DNA of 64,000 nucleotides, from positions 74,343-138,342 of the forward strand of contig WGMK01000010.1 of the NCBI GenBank assembly GCA_016125095.1, given 5' to 3'. The position numbers and the translations under genes were made by a program. This DNA comes from Candidatus Hydrogenedens sp. GTDB taxonomy: Bacteria; Hydrogenedentota; Hydrogenedentia; Hydrogenedentales; JAEUWI01. The notes under the pieces are model-generated. The model made no database searches. It was not told the DNA's origin and worked only from the letters and a program-made list of their open reading frames with translations. Shown piece after piece: positions 36,736 to 46,928 of the stretch; positions within the stretch are counted from its first letter, which is position 1; the number at the start of each line of letters is the position of its first letter.

Positions 36736-37896
36736 ATGCCCCGCATTATTCCCGGGGTGGATTCTTTCATGCGATTCGATCCGTCACAACTGCAAACACT
36801 GGTCGTCAAGATCGGCACCAATCTCCTGCGCGGCAAGCTCGCCTTCACCGGCGAAGTCATGGAACTCGTCGTGAAGGATCTCTGCGCGCTAAAAAAGGAG
36901 CACGACATCAACATCGTGCTGGTGAGTTCCGGCGCCGTGGGCTGCGGCATGAATACCCTGGGCATTGCCGAGCGCCCAACCGTGCTCTCCATCAAGCAGG
37001 CCGTGGCCGCCGTGGGCCAGGCGACGCTCGTGCACTACTACGAGACGCTCTTCCGCCACTACGGCGAGCATTTGAGCGCGGCGCAGATTCTGCTTACGCG
37101 GCAGGACCTCGACAACCGCGAGAGCTACCTCAATATCCGCAACACCTTCAATGCGCTTTTCGACCTGAAGTGCGTGGTGCCCGTGGTGAACGAAAACGAC
37201 ACGACGGCGGTGGAGCAGCTGCGCTTCGGCGACAACGACACGCTCGCCGCGCGCGTCTCGGCCAAGATCAACGCGGGCCTGCTGATCATCCTCAGCGATG
37301 TCGACGGCCTCTACGACAAGAACCCCGCGGAACATCCCGATGCCAAGCTGCTGGAGGTGGTCGAGGCGTTGACGCCCGAAATCCGCGCCTGCGCTGCGGG
37401 TCCGGGCACGGCGACCTCGGTGGGCGGCATGCACACCAAGCTCGACGGCGCGGCCATCGCTACCTCAGCCGGGGTGCCCGTGGTCATCGCCAATGGCCAC
37501 CGGCCCAACGTCATCCGCGAAGTGCTCGACGGCACCGCGCCCTGCACCACCTTTCTCCCTTCGGGCGAGGCGCTCTCGCACCGCAAGCGCTGGATTGCGC
37601 ACGGGCGTGCGGTGAAAGGCCGCATTACCATCGACAGCGGTGCCTTGAGCGCCGTGGTCGACAAGGGCCGGAGCCTGCTGCCCGCGGGCATTGTCGCCGT
37701 TCAGGGCGAGTTCGATCCGGGCGCTGCGGTCGAAATTGCCGACGAGTCCGGCCGGGTCATCGCCCGCGCGCTCGTGAACTACTCCAGCGCCGAGGTCCGT
37801 GCTATCATCGGCCGGAAGAGCAACGAAATCGCCGGCGTGCTCGGGCACAAGGGCGTCGACGAGGTGGTCCACCGGGATAACCTCGTACTGGTCTAG
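36736..37896 (+). CDS. proB: Glutamate 5-kinase with a C-terminal PUA domain
   Basis: Amino-acid kinase fold (VVKIGTNLL, VLVSSGAV) plus a PUA domain (GRITIDSGA). An alternative start exists at 36769. Confidence 0.9.
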   Translation: MPRIIPGVDSFMRFDPSQLQTLVVKIGTNLLRGKLAFTGEVMELVVKDLCALKKEHDINIVLVSSGAVGCGMNTLGIAERPTVLSIKQAVAAVGQATLVHYYETLFRHYGEHLSAAQILLTRQDLDNRESYLNIRNTFNALFDLKCVVPVVNENDTTAVEQLRFGDNDTLAARVSAKINAGLLIILSDVDGLYDKNPAEHPDAKLLEVVEALTPEIRACAAGPGTATSVGGMHTKLDGAAIATSAGVPVVIANGHRPNVIREVLDGTAPCTTFLPSGEALSHRKRWIAHGRAVKGRITIDSGALSAVVDKGRSLLPAGIVAVQGEFDPGAAVEIADESGRVIARALVNYSSAEVRAIIGRKSNEIAGVLGHKGVDEVVHRDNLVLV

Positions 37897-37922
37897 CCGC
37901 CGCAACCTCAGGAGATGCGGGT

Positions 37923-38720
37923 ATGAGCAAGACGTTGAGCGAACGCTATCCGGGCGCGGCCCTGATTACCGGGGCCAGCGCGGGCCTGGGCGAGGCCTTC
38001 GCCCGCCGCTGCGCCGCCGAGGGGATGGACCTGATTCTCGTGGCCCGGCGCGCCGAGCGGCTGGAAGAACTGGCCGCGGAACTCCAGAAGGCGCACGGCA
38101 TCCGCGCGCACGCCGTGCCGCAAGACCTGCAGGAACCGGATTGCCACGAGAAGCTCAAGGCCTCCTGCGACGAACTCGGCCTGCGGGTGAGCATGCTCAT
38201 CAACAATGCGGGATTCGGCAGCCACGACTTGTTTCACAAGGTCGATATCGAAACCCAGCTGCGGATGATCGACGTGAACTGCCGCGCGCCCGTGGCGCTT
38301 ACCGGCGTGTTCCTGCCCTCCATGCTCGAGCGGGGCAACGGCGCGGTTGTCTTTCTCGCCAGCACGGCGGCCTATCAGCCCACGCCATGGTTCGCCACCT
38401 ACGGCGCCACCAAGACCTTCGACCTCATGTTGGGCGAAGCGCTCTGGGCGGAAACCCGCGGCACGGGCGTGGACGTCATTGCCGTATCGCCGGGCTACAC
38501 GCTCACCGAGTTCCAGGCCGTGGCCGACGTGCGCGCGCTGCCGCCGAAAGCCCTGTGGGCCAAGCCCGAGGCGGTCGTGAACACCTGTTTCGCCAACCTG
38601 GGGAAAAAGCCCTCGGCCATCGACGGTACCTTGAACGCCATCGCCGCATTCCTGCCGCGCATCAATTCGCGCAAGACGGTCGCCGCACTCGCCAAGGGCA
38701 TGCTTAAGCCGGAGCGTTAA
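37923..38720 (+). CDS. SDR-family short-chain dehydrogenase/reductase
   Basis: TGASAGLGEAF (TGxxxGxG) and the YGATK catalytic motif. SD AGGAG. Confidence 0.85.
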   Translation: MSKTLSERYPGAALITGASAGLGEAFARRCAAEGMDLILVARRAERLEELAAELQKAHGIRAHAVPQDLQEPDCHEKLKASCDELGLRVSMLINNAGFGSHDLFHKVDIETQLRMIDVNCRAPVALTGVFLPSMLERGNGAVVFLASTAAYQPTPWFATYGATKTFDLMLGEALWAETRGTGVDVIAVSPGYTLTEFQAVADVRALPPKALWAKPEAVVNTCFANLGKKPSAIDGTLNAIAAFLPRINSRKTVAALAKGMLKPER

Positions 38721-38727
38721 ACGCCGC

Positions 38728-40896
38728 CTAACGCCGCCAGAGCAGCCGGAGCGCGTTGAACACCACCAGCAGCGAGGTGCCCATGTCGGCTGCGATGGCC
38801 ATCCAGAGCGTCGCGCTGCCCAGTGCGGCCAGCAGCAGGAAAAGCGCCTTGATGCCCAGCGCGAAGGCGATGTTCTGCTGCACCACGCGGCGTACGCGCC
38901 GCGCGTGCTCCACCAGCCACGGCAGCCGGCGCAGATCGTCGCGCATGAGCGCGATGTCGGCGGTCTCCAGGGCAGCATCGCTGCCCGCGGCTCCCATCGC
39001 GATACCGAGGCTCGACGCCGCCAGCGCGGGCGCGTCGTTCACGCCGTCGCCCACCATTGCGACCGTGCCATAGCGGTCTGCCAGTTCCCGCACGGCATCG
39101 ACTTTTCCCTCGGGCAGGCACTCGGCCAACACGTCGGTAATCCCCAAGGTTCCGGCCAGTGCATCCGCCACGGCCTGCCGATCCCCGGTCACCATGCCCA
39201 GGTGGTCGATGCCCAGCGCGCGCAGCCGGGCGAGCGTCTCGCGGGCCTGCGGCCTCGGCTGGTCCTGAAGCGCGATGACGCCGAGGACCTGCGCTCCGCA
39301 CCCCACCACCACAGGGGTGCGTCCGCCCGCGGCGGCACGTTGAAGGATGTCATCGAGGGGCTTGCGCATTGCTCCCGCAACCTCCGGCATCGCCGCGCTC
39401 CCGAGCCAGCAGGATTCGCCATCGAGCGTGCCGCGCACGCCCCGTCCGTGGTCGGCCGTATGGCCCTCAATCTCGACGGCCTCAATGTCCTCGCGGCGGG
39501 CTGCCTCGAGAATGGCGGACGCCATCGGGTGATGCGCGCCCTGCTCGAGCGCCAAAGCCACCCGCAAGACGTCGCCGCGCGAGCCCTCCAGCAGCACGAC
39601 ATCGACCACCTCCGGTCGGCCCAGCGTCAGGGTGCCGGTCTTGTCGAAGGCGATCGCCTTCAACTGCGCGGCCGTATCCAGATAGGCGCCCCCTTTTATC
39701 AGCACGCCCGAACGCGCCGCCCGCGTCAGCCCGGCGACCATGGCCACCGGCGTCGATATCACGAGGGCGCACGGACAGCCGATGACCAGCACCACCAGTC
39801 CGCGGTAAAACCAATCGGCGAAGCCGCCGAATTGCAGTAACGGCGGAAGCAGCATGATGGCCAACGCGATACCCAAGACGACCGGTGTGTAGTAGCGGGC
39901 GAAGACCTCGACCCATTGCTCCGCAGCGGCCTTGCGCCCGCGCGCCTCCTCGATCATCCGGAGCATGCGCGCAAGCAAGGTCTCGCCGGCGGATTCCGTC
40001 ACCTCGGCCTCGACCAGACCGGTCTGATTGATCGTGCCCGCGAGGATGCTGTCTCCCGGTCCTCGCGGCTCGGGTATCGATTCGCCGGTGATGGGGGATT
40101 GGTCGACGAGGGTTTCGCCGCGGACGATACGCGCGTCCAAAGGCACCCGCTCGCCCGGCTTGATGACGATGCACGCGCCCGGCTGCACGGCGTCGACTGG
40201 TTTCTCGGAGAGGCAGCCATCGTTCGGACAGCGCACGCGTGCGGTTTCGGGGGCGAGTTCCATTAACGCGGCCACCGACCGGCGCGCGCGGTCCACGCTC
40301 CAGGCCTCCAGCAGCAAGGAAAAAGAAAACAGCGCCGTCACCGTGCCCGCCTCGAAATATTCTCCCAACAGCACCGCGCCGATGACCGCCCCCGACATAA
40401 GCAGGTACATGTCGGGTCGCGCGAATCGGATGGCCGTCATAGCCTTGCGCGCGATGTGCAGACCGCCCAACACAATGCCGACGCCATAGGCCGCGATTGC
40501 GGCAGTGGGGGCCGCGCCGCTGCCGGTAAGCGCTTCGTGCCATCCAGACGCCGTGGCATGCAGCAATAGGCCTACGAGGACCCCGCCGCACGCCGCCGTT
40601 GTCGCCACAATCAGGCTTCGGTCGGCCCAGGCATTGGCGCGCGGCGCGGGAGCATCCGTACCCAGCAGATGGCCCCGCATCCCCGTGGTGGCAATGGCAC
40701 GCAAAAGGGCCTCCGGCTCAGCCTCTGCCGCGCCGGCGCGCACCGTGAGCGTGCCGCGGATCAGGTCGAAGGCCAGCAAGTCTTCCCCGCCCGCCACGGG
40801 GCCCACCGCCCGCTTCAGCAGCGCCACCTCTTCCGCGCAGTCCAGGCCGCGCACTTGGAACGTGAGGGAGGAAGTGTCTGGGGAATTCGTAGGCAT
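38728..40896 (-). CDS. Heavy-metal translocating P1B-type ATPase (Zn/Cd/Pb or Cu type) with an N-terminal HMA domain
   Basis: HMA-like TFQVRGLDCAEE; CPC motif VIGCPCALVIS; DKTGTLT; GDGVNDAPALA. The chosen start (ATG 40896) is uncertain; alternatives are 40917 and 40929. Confidence 0.85.
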   Translation of the reverse strand: MPTNSPDTSSLTFQVRGLDCAEEVALLKRAVGPVAGGEDLLAFDLIRGTLTVRAGAAEAEPEALLRAIATTGMRGHLLGTDAPAPRANAWADRSLIVATTAACGGVLVGLLLHATASGWHEALTGSGAAPTAAIAAYGVGIVLGGLHIARKAMTAIRFARPDMYLLMSGAVIGAVLLGEYFEAGTVTALFSFSLLLEAWSVDRARRSVAALMELAPETARVRCPNDGCLSEKPVDAVQPGACIVIKPGERVPLDARIVRGETLVDQSPITGESIPEPRGPGDSILAGTINQTGLVEAEVTESAGETLLARMLRMIEEARGRKAAAEQWVEVFARYYTPVVLGIALAIMLLPPLLQFGGFADWFYRGLVVLVIGCPCALVISTPVAMVAGLTRAARSGVLIKGGAYLDTAAQLKAIAFDKTGTLTLGRPEVVDVVLLEGSRGDVLRVALALEQGAHHPMASAILEAARREDIEAVEIEGHTADHGRGVRGTLDGESCWLGSAAMPEVAGAMRKPLDDILQRAAAGGRTPVVVGCGAQVLGVIALQDQPRPQARETLARLRALGIDHLGMVTGDRQAVADALAGTLGITDVLAECLPEGKVDAVRELADRYGTVAMVGDGVNDAPALAASSLGIAMGAAGSDAALETADIALMRDDLRRLPWLVEHARRVRRVVQQNIAFALGIKALFLLLAALGSATLWMAIAADMGTSLLVVFNALRLLWRR

Positions 40897-41155
40897 AGTC
40901 ACCAAAGTATAAAACATCCGCGCGAACACTATCCGACATGCAAAGTCACGCGGCGCGGAGCGCCGTGCGGGGGCGTTACACCGCAGAGCGTTGTAACGAG
41001 GGTAGGAGCGGTGTAACGAGAATCAAAATCATATTCGCAACTTCCGGATTCGTAGGTAGTTAGGGGCGCGTGTCGTGGCATTCTTGCCTCGGAAAATGCT
41101 ACGCTCGGGGGCCGCGTTGGTTGGCACGCGGGCGATTTGCACCGGCCGGAGCATT

Positions 41156-43456
41156 ATGTACGAAGCGTTTTACGGACTGCGGGAACGGCCCTTTAATCTG
41201 ACGCCGGATCCCAAGTTTGTCTACCTGAGCGAAAAGCACAAGGAGGCGTTCGCGCACCTCCTGTTCGGCATCCAGAACCGCAGCGGATTCGTGATGCTTA
41301 CGGGCGAAATCGGCACCGGCAAGACGACTATCTGCCGCAACCTGATTCATCAGCTCGATCCCAAAATCGACCTCGCGCTCATCTTCAATCCGGCGCTGAA
41401 TCCCGTCGAGCTGATCCAAAAGATTAACGACGAATTCGGCATCAGTTCCGACTCCGACAACATCCGCGTGCTGGTGGATCATCTCAATGAGTTCTTGCTG
41501 AATTCCTTCGCCGACGGGCGCAGCAGCGTGCTGATTATCGACGAGGCGCAGAACCTGTCGCCCGCCGTACTCGAGCAGATCCGGCTGCTGTCCAATCTCG
41601 AGACCGAGACCGAGAAGCTGCTGCAGATCATCCTCATCGGCCAGCCCGAACTGGGCGAGAAGCTGGCGCTGCACGAACTCCGCCAGCTCAACCAGCGCAT
41701 AACCGCGCGTTATCACCTCGCCGAGCTCTCCGAGAAAGAGACGCTGCAGTACATCAATTACCGGCTGCACGTGGCAGGCGGCCGCCGTCGCGTACGATTC
41801 GACAAGCGCGCGGTCAAGGCCATCTTCAAGTTCAGCGGCGGCACGCCTCGCGTCATTAACGCCGTGTGCGACCGCTGCCTGCTGATTGGCTACACCAAGG
41901 AACTTCACACCATCGACGCGGCCGTGGCCAAGCAGGCCATCCGTGAGATTCGCGGCGCCTACGTCAGTTCGCAGCCCCGCGGCTGGAAGCGCTGGGGCCA
42001 GTTGCTGCCCGGGGCGCGTCTTGTCACGGCTGCCGTCCTGTTTTTCGTTGTTGCCGCCGGGGCGGGCGCGTTTCTCTCGCAGCCCATCCGCGACCTCGCT
42101 AAGGAACTGAGCGACTTCAATCATTTGTTGGCCGACGACGGTCCCGAGGAAGTGGTGGGACTCTCTCCGGAACGCAAGACCCCGGCGCCCGGCACGGTGT
42201 CCTCCGAGGCCGAGCCCAGCCCGGTGGTCAGGAAACTGGCGGAGAAGATTGTCGAGCGTTCCGAGCCGAATGCTGAACCGGTGCCTCCGTCCGAGCCGAG
42301 CCTCAGCGAGAGGCTTGTAACGGCGGCGCCCGACGAATCGCTCCGTGCCGCGAGCGCGGCCATGCTGGCGGCCTGGGGCCGCACCCTCGATGGCGAGTAT
42401 CCCCAGGAAGACTCCGTTGAGGTCATCGCTGCCTTTGCCGACCGGCACGACCTCGCTCACGAACTGCTCAAACCCGCGCTCGACCAGTTGCTCGCGCTCG
42501 ATCTGCCTGCCCTCATCCGCGTCCGCACCGGAGACGAAACCCGGTGGGCCGGCCTGATCGGCTACAGCGGCGGCAATGTCCGGCTGACGGGCGGCATGGG
42601 CGAGAGCATCGAGGCCAGCCGCGACGCCTTGCGCGATGTGTATGCCTCGGAAGCGCTCGTGCTGTGGGCGGATCCCACGCCCGGTGCGGGGGCGCTGCTT
42701 CAAGGACGCCGCAGCCCGGCGGTCGCGAAGTTCAAGGCGCAGCTGCGCAAACTCGGCCGCCTCCGTCCCGCGAATACCTCCGACGAATACGACACCGAGA
42801 CGGCCACGGCCGTATCCCGACTGCAATCGGAAACGGGGCTGCTACTCGACGGCATGGCCGGGCGTCAGGTGCGTATGGTGCTGACCAGCTGGCTGCCGTC
42901 TTCCGGCGCGCCCAGCCTGTCCGATGGAAACCTGGTGGTACCGGGTGACGAGGCGCTTTCGACGGCGGCCGTAAGCGTCAAGGATACCGTCCCGGCCGCC
43001 GTCGCAGAGCCGACGCCTCCGCCCGCGCCAGCAGCGCCGCTCGCATCGCAGGCCACCGAACCTGCTACCGTTGAACCACCCGTCGAGGCTCAGGCTGAAC
43101 CGGAGCCTCCCGCGATGCCCGAGCCCCCGGCAGAAGCATCCGAAGCGACCGCCGATGCTCCGGCCGCCCCGACCGCGGAAGAGGGTAATCCGCTTCCCTC
43201 GGCCATTGCTGCGGAAGAAACGCCGTCCGTCCCCGAGAGCGAGCCGGCGCCAGAACCCCAGGCCGAACCGCAGCCGGAGCCGGAAGCGCCAGCAATCGAA
43301 GAGGGGGCCGTGGACGATGGGGCACTCGTAAGCGTGCAGGAATTGCCGAAGCCCTTCGCGGCCGGTGAATCGTTTGAGCCGAGTGAACTGGACGCGCGGA
43401 AGGAAGTAACGCCGCCGCTGGATGGGAATTCGCCGCTGGTACCGGCGGCAGAATAG
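41156..43456 (+). CDS. exeA: ExeA/GspA-like AAA ATPase with a long Pro/Ala/Glu-rich linker and a C-terminal peptidoglycan-binding domain
   Basis: ATG at 41156 with GGAG upstream. MYEAFYGLRERPFNLTPDPKFVYLSEKHKEAFAHLLFGI...LTGEIGTGKTT closely resembles the ExeA N-terminus. One TM segment. PG_binding-like DEYDTETATAVSRLQSETGLLLDGMAGRQV. Confidence 0.85.
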   Translation: MYEAFYGLRERPFNLTPDPKFVYLSEKHKEAFAHLLFGIQNRSGFVMLTGEIGTGKTTICRNLIHQLDPKIDLALIFNPALNPVELIQKINDEFGISSDSDNIRVLVDHLNEFLLNSFADGRSSVLIIDEAQNLSPAVLEQIRLLSNLETETEKLLQIILIGQPELGEKLALHELRQLNQRITARYHLAELSEKETLQYINYRLHVAGGRRRVRFDKRAVKAIFKFSGGTPRVINAVCDRCLLIGYTKELHTIDAAVAKQAIREIRGAYVSSQPRGWKRWGQLLPGARLVTAAVLFFVVAAGAGAFLSQPIRDLAKELSDFNHLLADDGPEEVVGLSPERKTPAPGTVSSEAEPSPVVRKLAEKIVERSEPNAEPVPPSEPSLSERLVTAAPDESLRAASAAMLAAWGRTLDGEYPQEDSVEVIAAFADRHDLAHELLKPALDQLLALDLPALIRVRTGDETRWAGLIGYSGGNVRLTGGMGESIEASRDALRDVYASEALVLWADPTPGAGALLQGRRSPAVAKFKAQLRKLGRLRPANTSDEYDTETATAVSRLQSETGLLLDGMAGRQVRMVLTSWLPSSGAPSLSDGNLVVPGDEALSTAAVSVKDTVPAAVAEPTPPPAPAAPLASQATEPATVEPPVEAQAEPEPPAMPEPPAEASEATADAPAAPTAEEGNPLPSAIAAEETPSVPESEPAPEPQAEPQPEPEAPAIEEGAVDDGALVSVQELPKPFAAGESFEPSELDARKEVTPPLDGNSPLVPAAE

Positions 43457-43474
43457 CGGGAGCGGGAGATTCCG

Positions 43475-44422
43475 ATGAGTTCGATTCTGGATGCCCTGAA
43501 GAAGCTCGAGGAGGAGAAGGCGAAGCGCGCGAAGGAAGGGGGCGCCAAGCCGCCGATGGACCCTATGACGCCGGTGCCGGAGTATCATCCGCGCACGGCC
43601 GCGCCCCACGCGCCCGCACTCAGCCCGCGTACCCTCATGCTGGGCATCGGCATCATGTCCGTTGCGCTTATCGCCGTCTCGGTTTCCGTCTCGGTGGTCT
43701 TGCTTCGCAATACCGCCCCCGCGAACGTCGCCCATAATGCGCCCGCTGCGCCCGTAGCGCCCCCGGCCGCGCCGAAGGAAGAAGCCGTTCCGGTGGAATC
43801 CGCCACGGAGCCCGTGGCGGAACCCGCCAACACCACGCCGCCCCCCGATGCCGTGGTCCCTGAACCGGTAACCCAGCCGCCGCCGCCTCTGGCACCGGTT
43901 GCAGCGAAGCCCGTGCAGGAGGAAGCTCCCGCGCCTTCGCCGAAGCCCGAAGCCCCAGCCCCCGCGAAGCCGGCCCCCGTACCCGCCCCGGCCCCGGAGC
44001 CCGTGAAGGTGGCCGCTGCGCCAGTGCCGCTGCCCAAGCCTGAACCGGAACCCGCGCCGGCGCCGGCACCCGCTCCTGAACCCGAGCCCGTGGCCGTAGC
44101 TCCAGAGCCTGCGCCGGCTCCTGCGCCGAACGAAGAACCCATGACGCTCCGCGCGAAGGATGTCGCGCCGGTCGAAGATTTGCGGTCGCTGCCGGAACTC
44201 CGCAGCACCGAGCGCATGCGCTTCGGCCTCGAGGGCATGCGGATCAATTTCCTGCGCGAGTCCGCGCCGCAGCGACCGGCCGCGATGGCGGTCATTAATC
44301 TCAACAAGATCCACATCGGCGAAGTCATTCCCGGCACCAAGGCCCGGCTCATTGCGGTCGAGCGGCACGGTATCGGTATCGAAATCGCCACGACCGGCGA
44401 TCGGTTCTACGTGCCGCTCTAG
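43475..44422 (+). CDS. gspB: GspB/ExeB-like protein (single TM, extended Pro/Ala/Glu-rich periplasmic region)
   Basis: The N-terminus MSSILDALKKLEEEKAKR matches the characteristic GspB start. One TM helix, then a PAPEPEP-type low-complexity region. Confidence 0.7.
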   Translation: MSSILDALKKLEEEKAKRAKEGGAKPPMDPMTPVPEYHPRTAAPHAPALSPRTLMLGIGIMSVALIAVSVSVSVVLLRNTAPANVAHNAPAAPVAPPAAPKEEAVPVESATEPVAEPANTTPPPDAVVPEPVTQPPPPLAPVAAKPVQEEAPAPSPKPEAPAPAKPAPVPAPAPEPVKVAAAPVPLPKPEPEPAPAPAPAPEPEPVAVAPEPAPAPAPNEEPMTLRAKDVAPVEDLRSLPELRSTERMRFGLEGMRINFLRESAPQRPAAMAVINLNKIHIGEVIPGTKARLIAVERHGIGIEIATTGDRFYVPL

Positions 44423-44449
44423 GCGGCGCGCCCAAGGGAGGAAAGCGAT

Positions 44450-45427
44450 ATGTTGAAGCGATGGATGGGAGCGGCGCTGGTAGCCGCCATGCTCGGCGCG
44501 TGCAGCGGTCAACCGGCAAGTGCGCCTGCCCCCGAGGCGGGCGCGGAAAAATCGGGCAAGCCGGTAATCGCCGTGGTGCCCAAGGGCTTGGCGCAGCAAT
44601 TCTGGCTGACCGTGAAACAGGGCGCGGATACGGCAGGCGCGGAACTCGGCGCCGACATCGTCTGGCAGGGCCCCGCCAAGGAAACCGAGATCGCCAAGCA
44701 GATCGGCATCCTCGAGGACATGATCAACCGCGGCGTCGATGCGATCGTCATGGCCGCCTGCGACGAGAACGCGCTAGTGCCCACCATCCAGAAGGCGGTC
44801 GACAAGGGCATTCCGGTCATCACCATCGACTCCGGCGTGAAGTCCGAGCTGCCGCTGTCGTTCGTGGCTACCGACAACGTGGCGGGTGCCAAGGCGGGGG
44901 CGGAGGAACTGGCCCGGCTTGTCGGCGGCGCGGGCCAGGTCGCGCAGATTCCGATTGTGCCCGGCGCGGCCACGTCGGAAATGCGCCAGAGCGGATTCGA
45001 GGAAGGGATCGCCGCGCACCCGGATATCGCCATCGTCGGCACGCAGTTCTGCAACAGCGACGTGGCCAAGGCGATGGACGTGACGCGCGACATGCTGACG
45101 GCGAATCCGGAATTGAAAGGCGTGTTCGCCGCGTGCGAAGCCGCCGCCATCGGCGCGGCCCAGGCGCTCAAGACCGCCGGGCGCGCGGGCGTGGTGAAGC
45201 TGGTCGGCTTCGACGCCGCCGAAGAGCAGGTCGCCCTGCTGAAGGACGGCACCATCCACGCGCTCATCGTGCAGAACCCCTTCCAGATGGGTTTCCAGGG
45301 CGTGCAAGCCGCGCTCGATACCCTGGCCGGCAAGCCCGTGGAAAAGCGCATCGACACCGGCGTGGTTGTGGTCACGCTCGATAACCTCGATACGCCCGAA
45401 GTGCAGAAGCTGCTGAACCCGGCGTAA
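44450..45427 (+). CDS. Periplasmic sugar-binding (ribose/galactose-type, PBP family 1) ABC-transporter substrate-binding lipoprotein
   Basis: MLKRWMGAALVAAMLGAC lipobox. Periplasmic_binding_protein_1-like layout (IAVVPKGLAQQFW...DAIVMAACD...VKLVGFD). Confidence 0.75.
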   Translation: MLKRWMGAALVAAMLGACSGQPASAPAPEAGAEKSGKPVIAVVPKGLAQQFWLTVKQGADTAGAELGADIVWQGPAKETEIAKQIGILEDMINRGVDAIVMAACDENALVPTIQKAVDKGIPVITIDSGVKSELPLSFVATDNVAGAKAGAEELARLVGGAGQVAQIPIVPGAATSEMRQSGFEEGIAAHPDIAIVGTQFCNSDVAKAMDVTRDMLTANPELKGVFAACEAAAIGAAQALKTAGRAGVVKLVGFDAAEEQVALLKDGTIHALIVQNPFQMGFQGVQAALDTLAGKPVEKRIDTGVVVVTLDNLDTPEVQKLLNPA

Positions 45428-45432
45428 GGGCG

Positions 45433-46401
45433 ATGTCGGCTGCGGCGACCATCCTGATACCGGCGCACAACCAGTTCGCCTACTGCCGGGATTGCGTCGC
45501 CTCGATTCAGCGCAACACGCGCGCGCCGTACAAGCTCGTCGTCGTCGACAATGGTTCGACTGACGGCGTGGCGGATTATTTCGATTCGCTCGACGGCGTG
45601 ACGGTGCTCCATGCGCCGCGCAATCTCGGCTTCGCGGGCGGTGTGAACCTGGGCTGGCCGGAGGCCGAAGGGCACCTGATCGTCCTCAACTCCGACACCC
45701 TCGTGCCGCCGGGCTGGCTCGGACGGCTCGTCGCCGCGCTCGAATCCGCGCCGCGTTGGGGCATGCTCGGTCCGCGCACCAACAACGCCGCAGGGCCGCA
45801 GTGCATCGAGGGCCTCGAACTGGACTCGGAGGAGGCCGTGGCCGCGCTTTCCAATGCCTTGTGGGAACAGCACGGTGCGGCCGTAGAACCGCTGCACAGA
45901 GTCGTGGGTTTTTGCATGGTCATTCGCGACGGCGTTTGGCAACAGGTCGGGCCGTTCGACGAGCGCTTCGGCATCGGTAATTACGAAGACGACGACTACG
46001 GCACCCGCGTGCGCCGCGCGGGCTTCGAGCTCGGCATGGCGTCCGGATGCTTCGTCTTCCACCACGGCGGCAAAACCTTCGCAGGACTCGGGCTCACCGG
46101 CACGCACTACGACGACCTCATGCGCGAGAACCGCCAGCGCTACATGGACAAGTGGAACGTGTTCCTGCCCGAGCCGGGGCAGGCCGCCAAGCGCGATGCC
46201 GCAGCGCACGCCGCCCAAGCACGCGAGGCACTCAGCGCAGGCCGCACCGCCGAGGCCTTGCAGCATTGGAAGCAGGCCATCGCCGCGCAGCCGCAGGCGT
46301 CGGAAAACTATCTTGGCATGGCCGATACCCTCGAAGCGGCAGGGCAAGCGGCGCTCGCCGAGAAATTCCGCGCGCAGGCGGAGGGGCTGGGACGCAGCTA
46401 A
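45433..46401 (+). CDS. Glycosyltransferase family 2 protein with a C-terminal TPR-like tail
   Basis: [19 protein letters not shown]...[10 protein letters not shown] (GT2 DxD region) and the [20 protein letters not shown] motif. Confidence 0.8.
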   Translation: MSAAATILIPAHNQFAYCRDCVASIQRNTRAPYKLVVVDNGSTDGVADYFDSLDGVTVLHAPRNLGFAGGVNLGWPEAEGHLIVLNSDTLVPPGWLGRLVAALESAPRWGMLGPRTNNAAGPQCIEGLELDSEEAVAALSNALWEQHGAAVEPLHRVVGFCMVIRDGVWQQVGPFDERFGIGNYEDDDYGTRVRRAGFELGMASGCFVFHHGGKTFAGLGLTGTHYDDLMRENRQRYMDKWNVFLPEPGQAAKRDAAAHAAQAREALSAGRTAEALQHWKQAIAAQPQASENYLGMADTLEAAGQAALAEKFRAQAEGLGRS

Positions 46402-46928
46402 GCCTCCAACGCTTTCCGCGCCGCTTGAAACACCGCCAGCACTTCCGTGCTGAACAGCACGAACCGCACCCGCTCGATCCCGTCGTGTCGCTCCAGCGCG
46501 GTGGCGGTCTCCCGCAGCGCAATGGCAGCGGCTGCACCGTGCGGATACCCGTAGACCCCGCAGCTGATGGCAGGAAACGCGAGGGTGCGCAGGCCGTGCT
46601 CGGCCGCCACCTCGATGCTGCGGCGGTAGCAGCTGGCGAGCAATTCCGGTTCGCCGCTTTCGCCGCCGCGATAGATGGGGCCGACGGTGTGGATCACATG
46701 CCGCGCGGGCAGGTTGCCGCCGTTGGTGATCTTCGCGTCGCCCGTGCGGCATCCGCCCAGCGCGCGGCATTCTTCGAGGATGGCAGGTCCGCCCGCCCGA
46801 TGGATTGCACCATCAACGCCGCCACCGCCCAGCAGCGTCTCGTTCGCCGCGTTGATGATCGCGTCGACCGCCTCCAGCGTAATGTCGCCCCGGGTGATTT
46901 CAATGCGGTTAGCGATTGACTTCGTCAT
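46398..46928 (-). CDS. Macro-domain protein (O-acetyl-ADP-ribose deacetylase, YmdB/MacroD-like)
   Basis: Internal Met start ([47 protein letters not shown]). Its stop overlaps the GT2 stop on the opposite strand. Confidence 0.8.
   Translation of the reverse strand: MTKSIANRIEITRGDITLEAVDAIINAANETLLGGGGVDGAIHRAGGPAILEECRALGGCRTGDAKITNGGNLPARHVIHTVGPIYRGGESGEPELLASCYRRSIEVAAEHGLRTLAFPAISCGVYGYPHGAAAAIALRETATALERHDGIERVRFVLFSTEVLAVFQAARKALEA

Noticed and set aside
36736-36768. Alternative later start (36769) for proB
   Set aside because: The 36736 ATG follows an ACGGAG SD-like motif and keeps a tight obg-proB junction. The later start is not excluded, but it was not adopted.
42842-44599. 585-aa minus-strand ORF antisense to exeA/gspB
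   Set aside because: It is a shadow of the Pro/Ala/Glu-rich regions, which read as Arg/Gly repeats in the antisense frame.
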